The notes beneath the pieces were generated by a model. It made no database searches. It was not told the DNA's origin and saw only the letters and a list, made by a program, of their open reading frames with translations. A DNA stretch of 64,000 nt from a virus (lineage: Duplodnaviria > Caudoviricetes). The position numbers and the translations under genes were made by a program. Below, piece by piece: positions 1-6,675 of the stretch. Within the stretch, counting starts at the first letter, position 1; every line of letters begins with the position of its first letter. The stretch covers positions 1,734 to 65,733 of the IMG/VR virus record IMGVR_UViG_3300014205_000228; one strand, given 5' to 3'.

Positions 1-427
1 GGTAGTAGTAATAAAGAAAATACAAAACAATCAATTACTTCAACAGGAAGATTTAAAAAGAGGTTTATGTTATGTATTGCCGAAGTAGTAGAAAAACTGA
101 CAGCGAAAAACAATATGAATTTGAACAAGACAAACTCCCCGGTGGCCCTGCCTATGAAGAAGATACCAGTGAAAAGGAAGAGTGCCCAAACCTCACTACC
201 TGCGAAAGGAAGAGCTGTTATAATTGCAGACTTTGAAACTTGAGTTAAGGATTGACCAATAATTGGACGGAACTTAAACATGGTAACGAAGAGAATTAAA
301 GAATTAGTTAAAAGAGCAGCAACTCTAACTTATCGTAAGTGTACCAACGACGAGGCAAATTATCGGTGGCATGAGGTACACAACGCTAAGCAAATACTTA
401 AAAGGAGAACTGAGAAAGGATTGAAAG

Positions 428-661
428 ATGAAGAGACCACAACCTAAGTTGCTCCTGATAGGTACCTCCCTTGACTTTTTTGGAGTATGGGAGATCACTG
501 TTGAACTTAACGGAAAAGAGTATGTCTATCCTTTGTCGTCAGAATATGCTTTTGAGAAGTTTAAAGGATACTACGACAAAGGTCAGATGGGAAGGGCAGT
601 GTCTTGCCTAAATCATTTCAGAATTAAACCTTATTTGGATAAGGAGGGAATTGAAAGATGA
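428..661 (+). CDS. hypothetical early protein
   Basis: ORF with AAGGA RBS; ATGA overlap with next ORF. Confidence 0.7.
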   Translation: MKRPQPKLLLIGTSLDFFGVWEITVELNGKEYVYPLSSEYAFEKFKGYYDKGQMGRAVSCLNHFRIKPYLDKEGIER

Positions 662-906
662 CAAAAGAAGATGAAGATGCCGCAGAGAAAGTACTGGATG
701 AAGCAAAGAATCTGTTAAATGCTGCGGGATATTCGGAGGTTATAATAGTTACATGCAAGGACATCAAAAATGAAAAAGGAAACAGTGGAACTACCTTTTC
801 TTTAGTCGTAGATGCTTACCAAGAAACACTACATGAAAGTATTGGAATGTTAATTGAAGTATTTGAATCTCCAAATTTTGATAAACCTACCTACATGCTT
901 CAATAG
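658..906 (+). CDS. hypothetical protein
   Basis: ORF with GGAGG RBS, translationally coupled to upstream ORF. Confidence 0.7.
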   Translation: MTKEDEDAAEKVLDEAKNLLNAAGYSEVIIVTCKDIKNEKGNSGTTFSLVVDAYQETLHESIGMLIEVFESPNFDKPTYMLQ

Positions 907-1040
907 TTTAACGAACTCACTAGGAGATATACTAAAATGAACAAAGAAATCAGGAAGCTAATCTTTGACACTGTGTATATTTTGATAGTATTTTTGACAT
1001 TATTTGCCCTTGCTCACATAATCTAAGGAGGTAGCAGCCA

Positions 1041-1424
1041 TTGAAAGATCTTGATATGTCCCTTTTGTCTGATGAGGAACAAGCGTTATTAGAGGCCTTA
1101 ATAGGTAAACTGGACCCACCTAAACGTCGAGACAGATTGGCTCCAAAACAGGAACTCAGGCCGTCAAATAAACTTAAACCTTATAACTTAAAAGTGATTT
1201 ATTCATGCAAGACCTGCGAAGTCACTACAGAAGTAGTGTTTAAAATGCTTCCATCCCTTGACGGCACAGGTCTGGTATCTGTTAGAACAACTGAAGTTGG
1301 GATTGTAATTGACTCTACTAGCAGAAGGTCTTGCGCGGCTTGTGGATGCTGCAAAGAATTTCTACTCACAAAGAGTAAAGAGGATTTAGTCCATTTGTAT
1401 TTAACTGTTGTTTCAGCAATGTGA
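1041..1424 (+). CDS. Cys-rich (zinc-binding) hypothetical protein
   Basis: CKTC and CAACGCC motifs; GGAGG RBS, TTG start. Confidence 0.65.
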   Translation: MKDLDMSLLSDEEQALLEALIGKLDPPKRRDRLAPKQELRPSNKLKPYNLKVIYSCKTCEVTTEVVFKMLPSLDGTGLVSVRTTEVGIVIDSTSRRSCAACGCCKEFLLTKSKEDLVHLYLTVVSAM

Positions 1425-1434
1425 GGAGAAACTT

Positions 1435-1746
1435 ATGCCGGAAAAACCTATACTAATTTGTGAGTCTTGCAATACCAACATAGCCATAGGTGTATGCTGT
1501 GTCCCAGGAGTTCCAATATCATGTGTATACTGCAAAGAGTGCTTAGAAGCTAACTCACATCCTATGTGGGCACTAATAGCAAATACTGCTTGTTGCGGTA
1601 GTCTAGATACATGTGCGGACTGGTGGAAAGAAATGGTGTATGCAAGCTTAAAACACCAAAATAAATCACTAGAAGAGTTTAATCAAGCAGTAATAACTAG
1701 TGTGCAAGAAATGAATTCTATGTGTGGTGAGGAAACTAATGAGTAG
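1435..1746 (+). CDS. Cys-rich hypothetical protein
   Basis: CESC, CVYCKEC motifs; start moved to ATG 1435 after GAGGAG. Confidence 0.65.
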   Translation: MPEKPILICESCNTNIAIGVCCVPGVPISCVYCKECLEANSHPMWALIANTACCGSLDTCADWWKEMVYASLKHQNKSLEEFNQAVITSVQEMNSMCGEETNE

Positions 1747-2143
1747 TATGTCAGAATCATGGTTCGCAGAGGCAGTTAAATTAGAGATTGGACAATCTTT
1801 AATGATCCAAGTTCTGAGTAAGAAAGAGCAAACTGCGTTCGCCAATGAATTGGAAGAAGAGAAAGTTGGTTACGCGATGGCTGAAGCAATTCACGCATCT
1901 CAACTTAATATCTTCAAGACGCGAAAGGACTCTCGTTTTTGGGTAGTAGTGCAGAGGAAAGATCGGGCTACTTTAAAGGGATTAATCAAGGACGTTGATG
2001 GAACATATCAAGAGGTTGTGATTGATCCTCAAAGAAGAAGGATGATTACTTTGATGCTTAAGGACGGATATAAGAAGGAACAGATTGAAGATAATTTGGA
2101 AGGATTGACTGAGGCAGAAGAGAAGGAATTCTTTACTGTGTAA
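1724..2143 (+). CDS. hypothetical protein, paralogous to 59132-59491
   Basis: C-terminal RRRMITLMLKDGYKKEQIEDNL resembles KSRMRMLMEKDGISAEEIEKTL; true start may be ATG 1739. Confidence 0.7.
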   Translation: MVRKLMSSMSESWFAEAVKLEIGQSLMIQVLSKKEQTAFANELEEEKVGYAMAEAIHASQLNIFKTRKDSRFWVVVQRKDRATLKGLIKDVDGTYQEVVIDPQRRRMITLMLKDGYKKEQIEDNLEGLTEAEEKEFFTV

Positions 2144-2161
2144 TTAACAAAGGAGACTAAA

Positions 2162-2944
2162 ATGGACACAAAGCACCTCGATACAAACCCGAACATGACT
2201 AAGAAAGAACAGAAAGAAAAGGAGAAAGAGCCAAGGTACTATTCTCAAGAAGGCTTTGTTACTGTAGAACTACTGAGAGGATTTGATGCTATTAGTAGAT
2301 TGTTTCATGGACTGGAGAGTGCAGGAACAGAGTGCTTTATCTGTGGGGGCTATGCCAGATGGTGTGCTTCTCCTCGGGTAGACAAGAAGAATCTTCCTGG
2401 AGACGTTGATGTGTACTGCCCAACTGATGCTGACTTTACAAAAGCCAGACAAATGTTTGAAAAAGAAGAACTTGAAATCAGACACGAGAACGAACTTGCT
2501 ATCACATACAAGATTACGAAGAAAGGTAAGTTCAGGCATGTACCAGGTATCCAGTTAATTAAACCTGTGAAAGAAGGAAGAGTAGTTACAATGGGCTCAA
2601 TGGAAGAGATTCTATCTAGTTTCGACTTTACTGTAGTTCGTGCAGCTATAACTGGACCTAACACAGTGCTGGTTGATGCTGACTTTATGCATGATGAGGA
2701 AGCTAAGGTGCTGCGAATAAAGAACATCCACTGCCCCGTGTCCTCAACACTCCGATGCGTTAAGTATGCAGGAAAAGGATACTGGCTTCCCCTTACTCAG
2801 GTTCTCGGACTGTTCTTAGATTGGGAAGGACGATCTGATGATTACAGAATGAGGCTTATTCAGTTTATCAAGAGGATGGAAGCCAGAGAGGAACTGACAA
2901 AGGAAGAAATTAATGAACTTGAAGCGATGATGAGAAGGGATTAA
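2162..2944 (+). CDS. nucleotidyltransferase, poly(A) polymerase/CCA-enzyme head-domain-like
   Basis: GGYAR...GDVDVY (hG[G/S]...DxD) and SFDFT motifs of the Pol-beta-like NTase fold; no HD domain. Confidence 0.7.
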   Translation: MDTKHLDTNPNMTKKEQKEKEKEPRYYSQEGFVTVELLRGFDAISRLFHGLESAGTECFICGGYARWCASPRVDKKNLPGDVDVYCPTDADFTKARQMFEKEELEIRHENELAITYKITKKGKFRHVPGIQLIKPVKEGRVVTMGSMEEILSSFDFTVVRAAITGPNTVLVDADFMHDEEAKVLRIKNIHCPVSSTLRCVKYAGKGYWLPLTQVLGLFLDWEGRSDDYRMRLIQFIKRMEAREELTKEEINELEAMMRRD

Positions 2945-2980
2945 AGACAAAAAATAATTGTGTTTCTCGAAAACTTTTTC

Positions 2981-3028
2981 TTGACTTCTAAAAACATTTG
3001 ATGTATCATGTTTATAACAATTGATACA
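2981..3028 (+). promoter_or_regulatory. sigma70-type promoter with overlapping inverted-repeat operator
   Basis: TTGACT-N17-TATCAT (2981-3009); TGTATCA...TGATACA inverted repeat (3002-3028) overlaps the -10. Confidence 0.65.
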
Positions 3029-3058
3029 GGTTGGACAAAAATGCAAAAGGAGCTTCTG

Positions 3059-3277
3059 ATGGAAAAAACAAGATTTAATGCTTCACTTGATCCTAATGAG
3101 TATAAGCTGCTCAAGATGGATGCTGTGAGGAAAGGAGTAAACATTAGGAGTCTGATTGCAGACGTACTAAGTGAATACATAAAAATACAGAGAAGGGAGG
3201 GACTTAGTTTAGGCGAAATGGGGGCTGAAGACATTCAGCCAGAACTTGATTTAAATGACAAAGGACCGTCCATTTAA
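3059..3277 (+). CDS. ribbon-helix-helix (CopG/Arc-like) DNA-binding protein
   Basis: TRFNASL beta strand followed by two helices (YKLLKMDAVRKG, IRSLIADVLSEY); start moved to ATG 3059 after AAGGAG. Confidence 0.6.
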   Translation: MEKTRFNASLDPNEYKLLKMDAVRKGVNIRSLIADVLSEYIKIQRREGLSLGEMGAEDIQPELDLNDKGPSI

Positions 3278-3312
3278 TGAACAAATCTTAACTACAAATA
3301 AAGGAGAACAAA

Positions 3313-3708
3313 ATGAGTGAAGAAGGAGCTGTTGTAGCACCCGTTGTAAAAGCGACTAGGGTTAAAAAGATTTCCAAAACCTTCGAAGGTGATGTACTTG
3401 TCATCACGGCTGGTGATAAGGTTATGAAGTTTGACATCAATACCTATTCTGATGCTATCAAACATCAAGCTATGCTCCATGGCTTCAGCCAGAAATTGGG
3501 CGATTCCGCTGCAGGTTGCGAATCAGCTGCTGAGGCTGCTGAGTACATCCAGAAGACTGCCGAAGCTCTTGCCAAGGGTGATTGGACCACAAAGTCCCCG
3601 GCTGGTGAGAAGATTACCAAAAAGTCCCTGCTTGATAAGTTCGCTGGTCTGTCTGAAAAGGAACGAGCTCTTGCTGAGCCTCTGATGAAAAAGCTGGGCC
3701 TGATCTAA
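3313..3708 (+). CDS. phage hypothetical protein
   Basis: Strong RBS; codon usage suggests high expression; LHGFSQKLGDSAAG motif; weak similarity to 57442-57966. Confidence 0.75.
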   Translation: MSEEGAVVAPVVKATRVKKISKTFEGDVLVITAGDKVMKFDINTYSDAIKHQAMLHGFSQKLGDSAAGCESAAEAAEYIQKTAEALAKGDWTTKSPAGEKITKKSLLDKFAGLSEKERALAEPLMKKLGLI

Positions 3709-3718
3709 TTATGGCCTG

Positions 3719-3785
3719 GAGAGGGAATCTTGGAGGTTTCGGCCTACCTCCTTATCCTCCTTGATTCCCTTTCCCTTTCCTTTAG
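3719..3785 (+). terminator. probable intrinsic terminator / structured leader
   Basis: GAGGGAATC/GATTCCCT and GGAGGT/ACCTCC nested stems followed by a pyrimidine tract. Confidence 0.45.
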
Positions 3786-3920
3786 TTATACTATTAAAGG
3801 GGTGGCGTGGCGTAAGAATAAAGACGCGCATCTCCAGTAGAGTGGATACAGCTTAGCGCTAGAGAAATGTATCATATAGGTATCGAATCCTATCACACCC
3901 CCTGCTTTAATAGTATAACT
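3784..3920 (+). ncRNA. tRNA-like RNA, copy A (8-nt T-loop, 16-bp outer stem)
   Basis: D-arm GCGT-AAGAATAAAG-ACGC; T-arm ATAGG-TATCGAAT-CCTAT; long variable arm GATACA/TGTATC; perfect 16-bp inverted repeat AGTTATACTATTAAAG/CTTTAATAGTATAACT. Confidence 0.7.
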
Positions 3921-3928
3921 GGTATAAT
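3920..3928 (+). promoter_or_regulatory. extended -10 promoter candidate
   Basis: TGGTATAAT (TGnTATAAT) upstream of the 3965 operon. Confidence 0.4.
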
Positions 3929-3964
3929 ATCCGCACAAGTCTAAAAAGAAAGGTGAAATAAATC

Positions 3965-4177
3965 ATGACCTTCGATGAAGCTTTCCAGAAATTACAAGAA
4001 GAATTTACAGATCAATACATCGTATTAAGGTACGAAAAAAATCCTTATAAGTATGATTTATGTGGTTATGTAGAAGGCAAAGGCTGGTCTGGTGATTGTA
4101 AGTCAATTGGTGAAGTAATTATGCAACTCAACAGAGAAGAAATAACGCCAGAGGCTATTGGACCGGAGGTGTCTTAA
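3965..4177 (+). CDS. hypothetical protein
   Basis: ORF with AAGGTG RBS, coupled to next ORF. Confidence 0.65.
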   Translation: MTFDEAFQKLQEEFTDQYIVLRYEKNPYKYDLCGYVEGKGWSGDCKSIGEVIMQLNREEITPEAIGPEVS

Positions 4178-4863
4178 TGGTACAAATTAATGAGAGTGAC
4201 GGAGTTCATAAGCAATGGTACGAGGATGCTAAGAAAGTCACCTTGGAAGAATTGCCAGGGTTCTTGAATCGCCTCTTGAATGATTACGGTCACGACTACG
4301 GAACAATTTGTCACGCCTTGGCCGCAGGTTCGATAGCAGCAGCAGGGGGGATGAACAAATCAAAGCAGGGAGGAATAACCGGATTTCAGGCCGGGGCGGT
4401 AATGTGGGAATTTATACGCAACTGGAATTATTCTCACAATAAGTGCGGGTTGAGAATCGTTGACTTCGATAATTTCCTCTACCCGCAATATTCAGACCAG
4501 TACCAAAAGACAATTTCACCGAATATATGGGACGCTATTACAAAAGAGGCTCATCGTAATATTGAAGATGCTGACCAGAAATACGCAGAATACCTGATTG
4601 CCAAGGAACAGTACGACAAAGATATAACTGCCTTCATTGAAAAACATCCCGACTATCACGAGAGGAAAGAATATTATGACCACCTTGACTGCGGGACGGG
4701 CGACGAATGGAATACGTACTACGAAAAACGAGACAGTGGCTTTGATTTCGCACCAACCGAACCTTATGCGCCGATAACCAAAGGATCAAGAGTTTATTCC
4801 CATTGGGAAGACATCATAGCGGGGATGGTTCCCTTTGGTTACACGATAAAGGAGGTAAACTAA
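4177..4863 (+). CDS. phage hypothetical protein
   Basis: 228-aa ORF, TAATG overlaps on both sides. Confidence 0.8.
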   Translation: MVQINESDGVHKQWYEDAKKVTLEELPGFLNRLLNDYGHDYGTICHALAAGSIAAAGGMNKSKQGGITGFQAGAVMWEFIRNWNYSHNKCGLRIVDFDNFLYPQYSDQYQKTISPNIWDAITKEAHRNIEDADQKYAEYLIAKEQYDKDITAFIEKHPDYHERKEYYDHLDCGTGDEWNTYYEKRDSGFDFAPTEPYAPITKGSRVYSHWEDIIAGMVPFGYTIKEVN

Positions 4864-5801
4864 TGCCCGAACTTGACAATACAAAAGCATCTTGTTTTAG
4901 AACATGTAAGCGCAAATATTACTGGCAGCATATCAGAGGACTTCAGTCAAACTTTGGATCAAGTGCAATACGCTACGGAGTAACGTGGCACGGAATACTT
5001 GAGGGCTATTATAAATATATCAAAGAGAATGGTTGGGCTGATAAAGAGCTCGCAATCTCAGCTGCTCTTGAGCTTGGTAAGAAGAAGTGGGATGAGGAAA
5101 CAACAAAGAAAACTTTTCTTCCTGATTATCGTACCTTTGATGCTGCTTGTACAGCCCTTCTTCATTATCTTTCCTTTTATCAGAAAGATGAAGAATACAT
5201 TAAGATAATCAATACTGAAGCTAAGTTCAAATTAGAAATCAAACCTGATAATGATGACGAAGAGCAGATACTGTACTACATTATGGATAGGGGAGATCAT
5301 TCTGCACTGTACTTTACTGGTCGCCTTGATCTTCAAGTAGAAATGAACTTTGCTAATTGGATTCTTGACTTTAAGACCACAAGTCAGAATCTTTCAATGC
5401 AAGCATCGAGACTTAACAGGTCAGGGCAGTTAATTGGGTATTCCTATGCTGGAAAGCATGCTTTGGAGTTTCCTGCAGAAGGGTGTTTGGTTGGACTTGC
5501 TTATGTTAGTGCTTACAAAAATAAGAAGACCGGAGAGTATGGAGATGTAACTACGGACTTTGGAAGAATTCCTCAGATATATAATGACAAGGATTTAGTT
5601 GAGTGGAAAAAGTCTTTTCTTGATACTGCACTTGACATCACAACAAGCATTGACGCAAACAAATGGCCAGTTAATTTTGACTCGTGCTATCAATACGGAC
5701 CTTGTACGTACACTAAACTCTGTGATCAGGGTGGAAAACTTGATGACGTTATCACAGAAGGATTTCATGTAAGTCATTGGGATGTTTTAAAGGAAGAATA
5801 A
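4863..5801 (+). CDS. PD-(D/E)XK (RecB/Cas4-like) exonuclease
   Basis: CKRKYYW, GRLDLQ, ILDFKT, QLIGY, C-terminal CYQYGPCTYTKLC; start moved to ATG 4863 after GGAGG. Confidence 0.85.
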   Translation: MPELDNTKASCFRTCKRKYYWQHIRGLQSNFGSSAIRYGVTWHGILEGYYKYIKENGWADKELAISAALELGKKKWDEETTKKTFLPDYRTFDAACTALLHYLSFYQKDEEYIKIINTEAKFKLEIKPDNDDEEQILYYIMDRGDHSALYFTGRLDLQVEMNFANWILDFKTTSQNLSMQASRLNRSGQLIGYSYAGKHALEFPAEGCLVGLAYVSAYKNKKTGEYGDVTTDFGRIPQIYNDKDLVEWKKSFLDTALDITTSIDANKWPVNFDSCYQYGPCTYTKLCDQGGKLDDVITEGFHVSHWDVLKEE

Positions 5802-6031
5802 TGGCTAAACTTACCTTAACCAAAGCCCAAAGATGGGCAAGAGAACGTAACACTGCTAAAGGTCAGATCAGTGCAATGACCTCCCTTAGTAGGATGGTAG
5901 CAGATAAGGCTTCCATACTTTCTCACGAAAAGGAAGCTCTTCAGGCAATTATTGTGGTGCTTGGAAAGATCTTGGGAGATTGGAAGGATAACGAAAGTCT
6001 GTCAAAAACGAAGTATTTTAACTTGAAATAA
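5801..6031 (+). CDS. hypothetical basic protein
   Basis: TAATG coupling to nuclease; start moved to ATG 5801. Confidence 0.6.
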   Translation: MAKLTLTKAQRWARERNTAKGQISAMTSLSRMVADKASILSHEKEALQAIIVVLGKILGDWKDNESLSKTKYFNLK

Positions 6032-6033
6032 AT

Positions 6034-6158
6034 GAAAGTGGTGGTGTAGTGGTTAGCACGCGAAAATTTCCTTATTCGACTTTTCCCCGAAAGGTGGCGC
6101 AGAATAGGGTTACTTCAATTAGGATGACGAGACGCAGGTTCGATTCCTGTCCACTTTC
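6034..6158 (+). ncRNA. Y-RNA/tRNA chimera 1 (tRNA scaffold, Ro helix in place of anticodon arm)
   Basis: Acceptor (G)AAAGTGG/CCACTTT(C); D-arm GTGTAGTGGTTAGCAC; T-arm GCAGG-TTCGATT-CCTGT; insert CCCTTATTC-GACTTTTCC-CCGAAAGG-TGGCGCA-GAATAGGG-TTACTTC. Confidence 0.8.
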
Positions 6159-6168
6159 TTCAGTATTT

Positions 6169-6299
6169 AGATCGGTAGCTCAGTTGGTAGAGCAAAAGAC
6201 CAAAAAGACCTTAACCGCTTATTCTCCGAAAGGTAGCGAAGGTTATGGATACTTCAAACAAACTTTGGACCGTGGGTTCGAGTCCCACCCGATCTACCA
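6169..6299 (+). ncRNA. Y-RNA/tRNA chimera 2 with encoded CCA
   Basis: Acceptor AGATCGG/CCGATCT-A-CCA; D-arm GCTCAGTTGGTAGAGC; T-arm GTGGG-TTCGAGT-CCCAC; insert CCTTAACC-GCTTATTCT-CCGAAAGG-TAGCGAA-GGTTATGG-ATACTTC. Confidence 0.85.
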
Positions 6300-6304
6300 A
6301 AACT

Positions 6305-6369
6305 TGCTGATGGCGAAGATTACAGTTACTTCTTTGGCGAAAAATACTGTAATCGTTTATTCCTCAGCA
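6305..6369 (+). ncRNA. minimal Y-RNA-like RNA 3
   Basis: TGCTGA-TGGCGAA-GATTACAG-TTACTTC...CTGTAATC-GTTTATTCC-TCAGCA. Confidence 0.75.
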
Positions 6370-6385
6370 TTATTTAAGATTTAAA

Positions 6386-6476
6386 GCAGGTGGCGTAAAC
6401 TATGGATACTTCGGTTAAGACCAGCAATGGTTGCCAAGATCAAACTTGGCTACTCCTTAGTTGCCTGTTCCCCTGC
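6386..6476 (+). ncRNA. Y-RNA-like RNA 4
   Basis: GCAGG-TGGCGTA-AACTATGG-ATACTTC...CCTTAGTT-GCCTGTTCC-CCTGC. Confidence 0.75.
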
Positions 6477-6489
6477 CCTTCAGCATAAT

Positions 6490-6560
6490 AACGTAACTCT
6501 GCAGAGAGGCACTGTGTACGCTCAGACCGAGCAGAAAGTGCAAACCTCCGGAGTTACGTT
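6490..6560 (+). ncRNA. long hairpin RNA without the Ro motif
   Basis: AACGTAACTC/GAGTTACGTT 10-bp stem with nested GAG/CTC, GCAC/GTGC, GCTC/GAGC stems. Confidence 0.55.
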
Positions 6561-6566
6561 TTAAAG

Positions 6567-6643
6567 AAATGAGTGGCGAAAATTTCAGGTACTTCCTGTT
6601 AAGAAGGCCGAAAGGCTTCCTGAAATTGATTGTTCCCTCATTT
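6567..6643 (+). ncRNA. Y-RNA-like RNA 5
   Basis: AAATGAG-TGGCGAA-AATTTCAGG-TACTTC...CCTGAAATT-GATTGTTCC-CTCATTT. Confidence 0.75.
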
Positions 6644-6675
6644 AACTTCTTAAACTTTAGAAAGGAAATTTAGAC

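Noticed and set aside
3800-3900. tRNA-Thr(AGT) call
   Set aside because: Bulged anticodon stem, CC/AG loop flanks, mispaired acceptor, 8-nt T-loop and no CCA; kept only as tRNA-like.
6034-6299. Ordinary tRNAs interrupted by introns
   Set aside because: No anticodon stem-loop can be rebuilt by removing an insert, the inserts are too short for group I introns, and they match the motif of the neighbouring non-tRNA RNAs.
6049-6384. 111-aa ORF in the ORF track
   Set aside because: Runs across the tRNA-Y chimeras, has no RBS, and the structural covariation explains the sequence better.
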